Shown: piece by piece, positions 16,649 through 24,623 of the stretch
Position numbering within the stretch: the stretch's first letter is position 1
How the letters are laid out: the number at the start of each line of letters is the position of its first letter
Assembly: GCA_028693975.1 (NCBI GenBank)
Contig: JAQUUF010000001.1
Coordinates: 1-28,230, forward strand
From: Acidaminococcaceae bacterium
Lineage (GTDB): Bacteria > Bacillota > Negativicutes > Acidaminococcales > Acidaminococcaceae
DNA: 28,230 bases
Direction: 5' to 3'
Position numbers and translations under genes: made by a program
The notes under the pieces: model-generated
What the model was told of the DNA's origin: nothing
What the model saw: the letters and a program-made list of their open reading frames with translations, nothing else
Database searches by the model: none

Positions 16649-18592
16649 GTGTTGATTCGCAAAAGAGATGGACGCGAAGTAGAATTTGATGATACCAAAA
16701 TTACTGATGCGATTTTTGCCGCTGCCAAAGCGGTAGGAGGCACTGACCGCCAGATGGCCATGGAGATTACGGCTAAGGTATTAGAGTATATTACTGACAA
16801 CTACAAAGGAGTTGTTACTGTAGAAGATGTGCAGGATACTGTGGAGAAGGTGCTGATGAAGAGTGGTCACTCCAAGACTGCTAAGGCCTATATTCTCTAT
16901 AGAGCCAAAAGAACGGCTATCCGCAATGCGCGTAGCGAGTTAATGGATACTGTAGGAGAGATTCTCAAAGAAACAGATAGAGATAATGCTAATATTTCTA
17001 ATTCTCCTTCTGCCAAGATGCTACAGATAGCTAGTGCGGCCAGTCGTGAATATTATCTTAATAGGTTGATTCCGGAGAGAATTGCTCTAGCCCATAAGCG
17101 CGGTGATATTCATATTCATGATTTGGATTTTTATGGTAAGACAGTAAATTGTCTCAATATTCCCTTGGGTAAGTTGTTAAAGACTGGGTTTAACAATGGA
17201 CATGGGTTTATTCGCCCGCCTAAGCGTCCTGGCAGTGCGACTGCTCTTGCTGCGATTGTTCTCCAAAGCTCGCAGAACGATATGTTTGGCGGTCAGTCTT
17301 TTGGATTTTTCGATAGAGATATGGCTCCCTTTATGGATGGAGCTAGTGATGAAGAAGTATTCCAGGCTATGGAAGCTTTTATTTATAATTTGAACAGCAT
17401 GCATTCACGGGCTGGCGCCCAAGTTCCTTTCTCCAGTTTGAATTTGGGTCTAGATACCAGTGATAACGGACGTAAGGTAACGCATAATATTCTGAAGGCT
17501 TATGCCAAGGGTCTGGGCCATGGCGAGAACCCCATTTTCCCCAATGTTATCTTCCGCGTGAAGAAGGGGATTAATATGGACCCGGGCGACCCCAACTATG
17601 ATTTGTTCCAAGAGGCTATTGCTGTGGCAGCACGCCGCATGAATCCGACCTTCAGTTTCATGGATACTTCTTATAATTCCCCTTATGGCGGTGATGTAGC
17701 ATATATGGGTTGTCGCACTAGAGTAATATCTAATCGTTGTGGTCCGGAAGTAACCGATGGCCGCGGCAACCTCTCTTTTACTACTATTAATCTACCCCGT
17801 TTGGCTATCAAAGCAGAGCATGATATTATGCGCTTCTACCAATACTTAGATGAAATTTGTGATTTGGTTACAGAACAGCTCTTACACCGTTTCCACGTTC
17901 AAGCTAATCTTAAAGTGCGTGATTTGCCTTTTGTCATGGGACAGGGCTTATATCTAGGCAGTGAGAAGTTGAGCATGAGTGATACTATTGGACCGGCGTT
18001 GGTCAATGGTACTTTGACTTTGGGCTATATTGGTCTGGCTGAGACCTTGACAGCCTTAGTTGGACATCACCATGGTCAAGGCGAAGATGCTCAGAAGCTA
18101 GGTCTAGAAATAGTGGCTTTTATGCGTGACAAGATGGACAAAGCCGCTGAGAAGTATGATTTGAATTTTAGCATGATAGCCACTCCGGCAGAGGGCTTGT
18201 CCGGACGCTTTATTAGGATGGACAAGAGAGAATATGGTATTATCCCGGGCGTGACGGATAAAGCTTACTACACTAATTCTAATCATATACCGGTTAACTT
18301 CAAGATTAGCGCTTATGAGAAGATGCGTTTAGAGGGACCTTATTGTAAATATTCCAATGGCGGTCATATCAGTTATGTAGAGTTCTCGGCTTCTCCAGTT
18401 AATAATCTAGGTGCGGTAGAAGATATTTTAAGACATATGTGTGCTTGCGACTGTGGTTATGTAGGAATTAATTTTCCTATTGATTACTGCTCTAATTGCG
18501 GTTACACAGGAATAATTGACAGTGATTATTGTCCTCAATGCTCTGCTAAGTTTGAGCGCAGACTCAAACGCAAGAGTTGTGGTGATAATTAA
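16649..18592 (+). CDS. nrdD: Anaerobic (class III) ribonucleotide reductase large subunit with non-canonical, truncated C-terminus
   Basis: ATP cone (IRKRDGREVEFD), IHIHDLDFY, NC, HSRAGAQVPFSS, finger-loop YMGCRT, TPAEG, YYTNS, GGHISY and Zn ribbon CSNC/CPQC. No RxxGY motif. Confidence 0.95.
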   Translation: MLIRKRDGREVEFDDTKITDAIFAAAKAVGGTDRQMAMEITAKVLEYITDNYKGVVTVEDVQDTVEKVLMKSGHSKTAKAYILYRAKRTAIRNARSELMDTVGEILKETDRDNANISNSPSAKMLQIASAASREYYLNRLIPERIALAHKRGDIHIHDLDFYGKTVNCLNIPLGKLLKTGFNNGHGFIRPPKRPGSATALAAIVLQSSQNDMFGGQSFGFFDRDMAPFMDGASDEEVFQAMEAFIYNLNSMHSRAGAQVPFSSLNLGLDTSDNGRKVTHNILKAYAKGLGHGENPIFPNVIFRVKKGINMDPGDPNYDLFQEAIAVAARRMNPTFSFMDTSYNSPYGGDVAYMGCRTRVISNRCGPEVTDGRGNLSFTTINLPRLAIKAEHDIMRFYQYLDEICDLVTEQLLHRFHVQANLKVRDLPFVMGQGLYLGSEKLSMSDTIGPALVNGTLTLGYIGLAETLTALVGHHHGQGEDAQKLGLEIVAFMRDKMDKAAEKYDLNFSMIATPAEGLSGRFIRMDKREYGIIPGVTDKAYYTNSNHIPVNFKISAYEKMRLEGPYCKYSNGGHISYVEFSASPVNNLGAVEDILRHMCACDCGYVGINFPIDYCSNCGYTGIIDSDYCPQCSAKFERRLKRKSCGDN

Positions 18593-18609
18593 TAGTCAGA
18601 AGGAGAATC

Positions 18610-19098
18610 ATGTTACAGGTTGCAGATATTTTAGGTGAGTCGGTATGTGATGGTTTGGGTTTGCGCACAGTAGTATTCTTACAAGGTTGCCCACGGCATT
18701 GTAAGGGGTGCCATAATGCAGCACTTATTCCCTTTGAAGGTGGTCGTGCCTATACCCCTGCGGAATTAGCAGCAGCTATTTTGCAGAAGCTGACGCCTAT
18801 TCATCGCGGTGTTACCTTCAGCGGCGGCGACCCTCTAGCACAAGCAAAAGAGCTGGAACAAGTGATACCTTTGGTGCGGCAAGAACGACCTGATATTAAT
18901 ATTTGGGTGTATACCGGATATTTATATGAAGATGTTAAAGATTATCCGGTGCTGCGATTAATAGATGTTTTGGTGGACGGACCCTTTATTTTGGAGCAAA
19001 GGGATATTAGCCTACCCTTTAAAGGTAGCGGTAACCAACGTCTCATTGACGTTCTTCAAACTTTGGCTCAAGGTAGCGTAGCAGTATTGAGCTTGTAA
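18610..19098 (+). CDS. nrdG: Class III RNR activating enzyme (radical SAM)
   Basis: DGLGLRTVVFLQGCPRHCKGCHN (CxxxCxxC), GVTFSGGDP, WVYTGY, DVLVDGPF and FKGSGNQR motifs. Confidence 0.96.
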   Translation: MLQVADILGESVCDGLGLRTVVFLQGCPRHCKGCHNAALIPFEGGRAYTPAELAAAILQKLTPIHRGVTFSGGDPLAQAKELEQVIPLVRQERPDINIWVYTGYLYEDVKDYPVLRLIDVLVDGPFILEQRDISLPFKGSGNQRLIDVLQTLAQGSVAVLSL

Positions 19099-19128
19099 TA
19101 GGTACTACCAAGGACATTTAAATGTATG

Positions 19129-19167
19129 AAAGAAGAGCTCTGCGTTAAGCATTGCTCTTCTTTTTTT
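19129..19167 (+). terminator. Intrinsic terminator after nrdG
   Basis: AAAGAAGAGC..TGC / GCA..GCTCTTCTTT stem with one internal mismatch and a 7-T tract (19161-19167). Confidence 0.8.
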
Positions 19168-19203
19168 GTGCTTTTATATTATTGAGAAGATTCTGTGAAT
19201 TAA

Positions 19204-19235
19204 TTGACAAGCACCCTATTGTGTGGCACACTATA
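19204..19235 (+). promoter_or_regulatory. Candidate lrgAB promoter with overlapping palindrome
   Basis: TTGACA (19204-19209), 17-bp spacer, weak extended -10 TGgCACACT (19224-19232). Palindrome TATTGTGTG-G-CACACTATA. Confidence 0.5.
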
Positions 19236-19270
19236 AATACTTTTTATTTTTTTTTGGAAGAGGGGATAGT

Positions 19271-19642
19271 ATGAATGCAGACGCGTTGCTAAAGGGAACA
19301 GCTGTGCTCCTGGCGTTGCAATGGGTGAGCGTTTTGATAGTAAATGCCCTAGGGTTGAAGTTTCCACCGTCCCTTCTGGGCATGCTGCTCTTAGCTGTTT
19401 TGTTGCTTAAGGGCATAATAAGACTGGAAGTGGTAGAAGATATCTGTACATTGTTAATCAAAAAAATGGGGATGCTCTTTTTGCCGGCGGCAGTAGGAAT
19501 AATGCTCTATGTACAGGAAATTCAAGCTGAAGCCTTGGCTATATTTGCTACTATAATAATAACCAGTTTGATTATTCTTTTGACTACAGCAGGCTTTTTG
19601 GAGTTAGCGCTACGTAATAAAAAGGGGGATAAGCCTCTATGA
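19271..19642 (+). CDS. lrgA: CidA/LrgA family membrane protein
   Basis: FPPSLLGMLLL, MGMLFLPAAVGIM, four TMs, 123 aa. SD GAGGGG precedes ATG 19271. Confidence 0.88.
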   Translation: MNADALLKGTAVLLALQWVSVLIVNALGLKFPPSLLGMLLLAVLLLKGIIRLEVVEDICTLLIKKMGMLFLPAAVGIMLYVQEIQAEALAIFATIIITSLIILLTTAGFLELALRNKKGDKPL

Positions 19643-20352
19643 TTTTACCGGAAGTCCTTGTACACAGTCTTTTGTTTGGCATAGCGCTCACTATAGTAGC
19701 TTATGTTTTTAGCGAATATTTAGTGGATAGGTTGAGCCTTAATGCTGTGCCACCACTGGTTTTGGCAACAATTTTTTGTATCGGCGTAGTTTTCTTTGTA
19801 CCCGGGGTGACTTTCCAAGATTACAATGCGGGAGCGCAGTTCATTAACTTTTTGTTAGGTCCGGCCACTATTGCTTTGGCACTGCCTTTGGTTAAGAACT
19901 GGAGGACTTTAAAGAAATATGGCCCCATTATCATAGGTGGAGTGGTACTATCTACTTTGGTAGGAATTATATCCATCTATGTCTGCGGACGTGTCTTTGG
20001 TGCATCGGAAGCGGTGCTAGTTTCTATGCTGCCTAAGTCTATTACGACCCCTATTGCTATGGAAGTATCCGCCTCTATCGGCGGTATCCCGGCTTTGACT
20101 GTAGCTTGTGTTATTTTTACAGGCATGCTAGGGGCGGCCTGCAATCATCGAGTTTTGCGGCTTGTTGGTATCAAGAACGATATCGCCATTGGGTTGGCTA
20201 TAGGAGCCTCCAGTCATGGGCTGGGTGCTAGCGCCTGTATTGGCAAAAGTGATTTGCAATTGGCTATAGCCGTAGTTTCGATTGCTTTGACTGGAGTGGC
20301 AACAGCTATCTTGGCACCAATAATGTTACCGTTGTTACGCAGTGTGGGTTAG
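19639..20352 (+). CDS. lrgB: CidB/LrgB family membrane protein
   Basis: FLLGPATIALALPL, SMLPKSITTPIAM, GLAIGASSHGLG motifs. ATGA overlap with lrgA. Confidence 0.92.
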   Translation: MILPEVLVHSLLFGIALTIVAYVFSEYLVDRLSLNAVPPLVLATIFCIGVVFFVPGVTFQDYNAGAQFINFLLGPATIALALPLVKNWRTLKKYGPIIIGGVVLSTLVGIISIYVCGRVFGASEAVLVSMLPKSITTPIAMEVSASIGGIPALTVACVIFTGMLGAACNHRVLRLVGIKNDIAIGLAIGASSHGLGASACIGKSDLQLAIAVVSIALTGVATAILAPIMLPLLRSVG

Positions 20353-20370
20353 AAACAAAGTTTAATTTTT

Positions 20371-20395
20371 AAGCGTGCCCTAAGGCACGCTTTTT
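20371..20395 (+). terminator. Intrinsic terminator after lrgB
   Basis: AAGCGTGCC-CTAA-GGCACGCTT, with a T5 tract at 20391-20395. Confidence 0.8.
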
Positions 20396-20398
20396 CTG

Positions 20399-20407
20399 TG
20401 GTATAAT
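20399..20407 (+). promoter_or_regulatory. Extended -10 promoter for prmA-rsmE-mtaB-hit
   Basis: TGgTATAAT. The -35 position falls within the upstream terminator hairpin. Confidence 0.6.
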
Positions 20408-20453
20408 ATTGGAGATAATGAAAAATTGCAATAATTAATTAGGAGAGATACAA

Positions 20454-21395
20454 GTGGATAAATGGTTAGAGGTAAGTGTCAAAGTTAATCATACGGCAGT
20501 AGAGGCTGCCGCAGAGCTGTTACGCTCTCTAGGTGCTACCAATGGCGTGGTTATTGAAGACCCGGTGCTGGTCAATACATTGCGCAGTTCTGGAGCCTGG
20601 GAACTTTGTGCCATTCCGGAGCAAAAAGATACCCAGATAGTAACGGTGAAGGCTTACTATCCTCAAGATGATAATCTGGCAGAACGGTTAGAGAAGATTG
20701 AGCAAGAGTTGCAGCTGATAGAAGCTAGGATTGGTACTTTCCGCTTCGGACCGACTTTGTTTCGTACTGTATCTGAGCAGGACTGGGCCAACGAGTGGAA
20801 GCAGTATTTCCATGTGACGCGAGTAGGTAAGCATCTAGTTATTAAACCTTCCTGGGAGAGTTTCACGCCTGAGGCAGAGGATAAGGTAATTGAATTAGAT
20901 CCCGGTATGGCTTTTGGTACAGGTACTCATCATACTACTAATATGTGTATGGAGATACTAGAGCAGATAGTACGGCCGGGCATGCAGATTTTTGATGTAG
21001 GCACGGGCAGTGGCATTCTCTCCATGACGGCGGCGCTCTTGGGTGCCACTAATATCAAAGCCGTGGATATCGACGCTACAGCAGTGCGAGTGGCGGCGGC
21101 TAATATTAGGGATAATCATCTGGAAAAGGCTATAGAAGTTAAGCAGGGAGACCTTTTGCAGGGGACGCAAGGCCAGGCAGATATTATCATTGCCAATATT
21201 ATTGCTGCTGTAATCCTAATGCTATTACCGGATATTCCCGGTAAGCTTCAACCACACGGCTTGTTCTTGGCTAGTGGTATTATTGGAGAGAGATCAGAGG
21301 AAATTACGACTGCTGCTGTACAGCAAGGCCTTAAGGTCATTGATATTCATCGCCGTGGCGAGTGGGTAGCAATACTTATGGAAAAGGAGAACTAA
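20454..21395 (+). CDS. prmA: Ribosomal protein L11 methyltransferase
   Basis: DWANEWKQYFH, ELDPGMAFGTGTH, DVGTGSGIL and IIANI motifs. Confidence 0.97.
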   Translation: MDKWLEVSVKVNHTAVEAAAELLRSLGATNGVVIEDPVLVNTLRSSGAWELCAIPEQKDTQIVTVKAYYPQDDNLAERLEKIEQELQLIEARIGTFRFGPTLFRTVSEQDWANEWKQYFHVTRVGKHLVIKPSWESFTPEAEDKVIELDPGMAFGTGTHHTTNMCMEILEQIVRPGMQIFDVGTGSGILSMTAALLGATNIKAVDIDATAVRVAAANIRDNHLEKAIEVKQGDLLQGTQGQADIIIANIIAAVILMLLPDIPGKLQPHGLFLASGIIGERSEEITTAAVQQGLKVIDIHRRGEWVAILMEKEN

Positions 21396-21396
21396 G

Positions 21397-22134
21397 ATGC
21401 ATCGTTTTTTTGTGCGGGAGAATTTTGCTCCCCAGATGACTATTACAGGTAAGGACGCATATCATATTACCAAAGTGCTGAGAATGCAAGTGGGGGAGCA
21501 AGTGCAGATAGTCAGCTTGGACCAAGTCAGTGCTCTAATGAAGATAGCTTCAGTGACAGGGGACGAAGTGAGCATAGTTCTAGAGGAGCTACTACCTGGG
21601 GTGAACGAGCCTAGAACTAAGTTGCTCTTAGCTCAAGGTCTTCCCAAGGGTGATAAATTTGATTTTGTTACACAAAAAGCTGTGGAGCTGGGAGTGAGTA
21701 CTATCATTCCGGTAGCTTTGGATAATTGTGTAGTGCAGCTCAAGGGGGAGAAGGCCGAGAAGAAGGTAAGCCGCTGGCAGAAAATTGCTGAAGAAGCAGC
21801 CAAACAAGCCAAACGAGACATTATTCCTACGGTGGCTCCAGTATCTACTCTAGCAGAATTGGTCATGGCTACAGAGCATATCCAGCTTAAAATTCTTGCC
21901 TATGAGGTGGAGGATAAGCTTGGTCTGCGCCAAGTGCTTAGCGATAATGCCGAGGCTGAGTCAGTAGCTATCCTCATTGGGCCGGAGGGCGGCATTAGTA
22001 AGGATGAATATACTTATCTGCGTGCTCATGGTTGGCAGTCGGTTAGCTTAGGTCGCCGCATCTTAAGAACTGAGACAGCTTGTATTGCGACGCTAGCTGC
22101 TGTGCTATATGCTAGCGGAGATTTTGGAGGATAG
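21397..22134 (+). CDS. rsmE: 16S rRNA m3U1498 methyltransferase
   Basis: MHRFF, HITKVLRM, QKAVELGV, IGPEGG and LGRRILRTETA motifs. Confidence 0.97.
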   Translation: MHRFFVRENFAPQMTITGKDAYHITKVLRMQVGEQVQIVSLDQVSALMKIASVTGDEVSIVLEELLPGVNEPRTKLLLAQGLPKGDKFDFVTQKAVELGVSTIIPVALDNCVVQLKGEKAEKKVSRWQKIAEEAAKQAKRDIIPTVAPVSTLAELVMATEHIQLKILAYEVEDKLGLRQVLSDNAEAESVAILIGPEGGISKDEYTYLRAHGWQSVSLGRRILRTETACIATLAAVLYASGDFGG

Positions 22135-22141
22135 ATAATTA

Positions 22142-23446
22142 ATGAGTAAGATTGCTTTTTATACTTTAGGCTGTAAGGTCAATCAGGCCGATACCGCCGC
22201 TATGGAGACCTTGTTTGCCTCCAGTGGCTATGAAATAGTGCCTTTTGAAACTGCAGCCGATATTTATTTAATTAATACCTGTGTAGTCACTAATATGGGC
22301 CAGAGCAAATCGCGCAAAATGATTAACCGCGCTATTCGCAAAGCACCTGAGGCTTTAATCGTCGTTACTGGTTGTTATCCTCAAACGGCACCGGAAGAAG
22401 TAGCGGCTATTGCTGGAGTGGACCTTATCATAGGGAATCAAGATAGAGACAAAATAGTTGCCCTGGTAGCAGATGCTTGGCAGGATAGACGTACAGATAC
22501 CAGAAACAAAGTGCATAAGTTAGTGCAAAATACGGCTTTTGAAGAACTCGCTGGCGGTAATGAAGCCGATAAGACCAGAGCTTACTTGAAAATTCAAGAA
22601 GGGTGTAATCAATATTGTACTTATTGTATTATTCCCTATGCTAGAGGACCGTTGCGCTCCCGTAGTCTCGAGAATATCAATAGCGAAGTACAGCAGCTTA
22701 CACAACATGGGTACAAAGAAGTGGTTCTAATTGGTATCCATTTGGGCTGTTATGGACAAGAGCAGCCTGACGGGGCTAATTTGACGCAGGCAGTAGCAGC
22801 GGCACTAGCAGTACCAAGTTTGCAGAGACTGCGCCTGGGCTCTTTGGAATCAGTAGAAGTAGACGCAGGACTTTTGCAGCTGATGCAGCAAGACAAGCGC
22901 CTGTGTCCACATTTGCACCTGCCCTTGCAGTCTGGCTCGGACAGGATTCTTACAGCGATGCACCGCCCCTATGATAGGGCTAAGTTCTTAGATTTGGTGC
23001 AAAAGATTAGAGTGACAGTACCACAAGTGGCTCTGACTACAGATGTGATAGTTGGTTTTCCCGGTGAGACGGAGGAAGATTTTGCTGCGACATGCGAGTT
23101 TGTGCAGCGCTGTGGTTTTGCCAAAATGCATATTTTCCCCTATTCGCAGCGCCGTGGTACACCGGCAGCTAGCATGACGGAGCAAGTGGAAGATAAAATT
23201 AAGCAAGAGCGGGCAGAAGTTTTGGCAGAGTTAGATAAGATGCTGCATACAAACTATTGCTCGCAGCAAATAGGCCAAGAGACACAGGTGCTGTGGGAGA
23301 CTAAGACCAAAGAAGGCCTCTGGGAAGGGCTTACGCCCAATTATGTACGCGTATACACTGCTTATACAGGAGACTTAAGTGGTAAAATCGTTTCCACACA
23401 TTTAGATAAACTCTACCAAGATGGGCTTTGGGGTAGTATAATATAA
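22142..23446 (+). CDS. mtaB: tRNA t6A37 methylthiotransferase
   Basis: TLGCKVNQ, INTCVVT, VTGCY, KIQEGCNQYCTYCIIPYARG, GFPGET, HIFPYS motifs. Position after rsmE. Confidence 0.93.
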   Translation: MSKIAFYTLGCKVNQADTAAMETLFASSGYEIVPFETAADIYLINTCVVTNMGQSKSRKMINRAIRKAPEALIVVTGCYPQTAPEEVAAIAGVDLIIGNQDRDKIVALVADAWQDRRTDTRNKVHKLVQNTAFEELAGGNEADKTRAYLKIQEGCNQYCTYCIIPYARGPLRSRSLENINSEVQQLTQHGYKEVVLIGIHLGCYGQEQPDGANLTQAVAAALAVPSLQRLRLGSLESVEVDAGLLQLMQQDKRLCPHLHLPLQSGSDRILTAMHRPYDRAKFLDLVQKIRVTVPQVALTTDVIVGFPGETEEDFAATCEFVQRCGFAKMHIFPYSQRRGTPAASMTEQVEDKIKQERAEVLAELDKMLHTNYCSQQIGQETQVLWETKTKEGLWEGLTPNYVRVYTAYTGDLSGKIVSTHLDKLYQDGLWGSII

Positions 23447-23484
23447 AAGATAAATTTGTTGCCGAGAGGCCAAGGAGGATTCGT

Positions 23485-23820
23485 ATGACAGATTGTATTT
23501 TTTGTAAGATTATTGCTGGCGAAATACCTAGCAAACGAGTTTATGAAGATGATAAAATTATCGTGATTAACGATGTGGCGCCAGCTGCACCGGTACATAT
23601 TTTGATTATCCCCAAAGAACATACAGAGAATATTTTGACAGCTCCTAGTGGTCTTGTGCTCCATGTGCAAGAGAAATTACCGGAAATATTAAGCTTGGCT
23701 GGCGTAGGGCCTGCGGGCTTCCGCTTGGTTATCAATACCGGGGATGAGGGCGGACAAACCGTCAAACATTTGCATTTTCATATTTTGGCAGGCAAAGCAA
23801 TGGGGTGGCCTCCCTGCTAA
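23485..23820 (+). CDS. HIT family nucleotide hydrolase (HinT-like)
   Basis: DCIFCKII, PVHILIIPK, GQTVKHLHFHIL (HxHxH triad) and GWPP. Confidence 0.93.
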   Translation: MTDCIFCKIIAGEIPSKRVYEDDKIIVINDVAPAAPVHILIIPKEHTENILTAPSGLVLHVQEKLPEILSLAGVGPAGFRLVINTGDEGGQTVKHLHFHILAGKAMGWPPC

Positions 23821-23824
23821 TGTA

Positions 23825-23854
23825 TTGACACAAAGGGGTGTAATAAGTTATAAT
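23825..23854 (+). promoter_or_regulatory. Consensus sigma-A promoter for rpsU-yqeY
   Basis: TTGACA (23825-23830), 18-bp spacer, TATAAT (23849-23854). Confidence 0.85.
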
Positions 23855-23911
23855 GTTTCAGTGTAATTAATATACACTTCCCTAGTTGTAATAGTGGAGG
23901 GAGGGATACAG

Positions 23912-24088
23912 ATGACTGAGATTAAAGTTGGCAAAAGCGAATCTTTGGATAGTGCTTTACGTCGTTTTAAGAGAGCGACTCAAAAAGCAGGTATTCTTTC
24001 TGAAGTTCGTAAGCGTGAACATTATGAAAAACCCAGTGTTGCCCGCAAAAAGAAATCCGAGGCAGCAAGGAAGCGCAAAACCAGATAA
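23912..24088 (+). CDS. rpsU: 30S ribosomal protein bS21
   Basis: [21 protein letters not shown]...[23 protein letters not shown], 58 aa. Confidence 0.98.
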   Translation: MTEIKVGKSESLDSALRRFKRATQKAGILSEVRKREHYEKPSVARKKKSEAARKRKTR

Positions 24089-24102
24089 TTGGGGGCTTTA
24101 TT

Positions 24103-24546
24103 ATGTCTACTAAAGACGCTTTGACCGCAGATATGAAGGAAGCCATGAAAGCACATGACAAATTGCGCCTTGATGTTATACGCATGGCTCGCTCTAATAT
24201 CAAAAATTTAGAGATTAATGACAAAAAAGAATTAACTGAAGAAGAAGTTATGGCTGTTTTGATGAAAGAAGTCAAAATGCGTAATGATTCTTTGGAGGAA
24301 TTCACCAAAGCCGGACGCGCCGACTTAGTGGATCACACTAAGAAGGAGCTCGCTGTACTGCAAAAGTATTTACCCCAACAGCTCAGCGATGATGAACTCA
24401 AAGCCATAGTGGCAGAGGCTGTGCAGGCTACAGGGGCTGCTACGCCGCGGGACATGGGCAAGGTTATGTCCTACATTATGCCTAAGACAGCAGGACGTGC
24501 TGATGGTAAACGTATTAATGTTTTGGTCAGAGAGATTTTGAAATGA
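24103..24546 (+). CDS. yqeY: GatB/YqeY domain protein
   Basis: DMKEAMKAHDK...YLPQQLS...DMGKVM...GRADGK pattern. Canonical position after rpsU. Confidence 0.93.
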   Translation: MSTKDALTADMKEAMKAHDKLRLDVIRMARSNIKNLEINDKKELTEEEVMAVLMKEVKMRNDSLEEFTKAGRADLVDHTKKELAVLQKYLPQQLSDDELKAIVAEAVQATGAATPRDMGKVMSYIMPKTAGRADGKRINVLVREILK

Positions 24547-24548
24547 TG

Positions 24549-24577
24549 AAAGAGAGTGCTTAGGCACTCTCTTTTTT
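24549..24577 (+). terminator. Intrinsic terminator after yqeY
   Basis: AAAGAGAGTGC-TTAG-GCACTCTCTTT, with a T6 tract at 24572-24577. Confidence 0.85.
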
Positions 24578-24578
24578 A

Positions 24579-24587
24579 TGCTATAAT
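24579..24587 (+). promoter_or_regulatory. Extended -10 promoter for nfeD-floA-yqfB(-ppk2)
   Basis: TGcTATAAT directly after the terminator T-tract. Confidence 0.6.
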
Positions 24588-24623
24588 AATATGTATAATT
24601 AAGGTTTTTAGGAGGCCACAGAA

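Noticed and set aside
18540-18680. Programmed frameshift or indel restoring the NrdD RxxGY tail
   Set aside because: The alternative frames give LSADSNARVVVIINSQKENHVTGCRYFR* or immediate stops. There is no GY motif and too little sequence before nrdG for a canonical tail.
19211-19241. Possible third NrdR box upstream of lrgA (ACACTATA and TATTGTG half-sites)
   Set aside because: The half-sites are in inverted order and the best 10-mer cores have 2-3 mismatches at conserved positions. There is no partner box at 31-32 bp.
24553-24571. CIRCE-like sequence (GAGTGCTTA...GCACTC)
   Set aside because: The arms are in the opposite order and lack the 9-bp spacer of TTAGCACTC-N9-GAGTGCTAA. It is simply the yqeY terminator stem.
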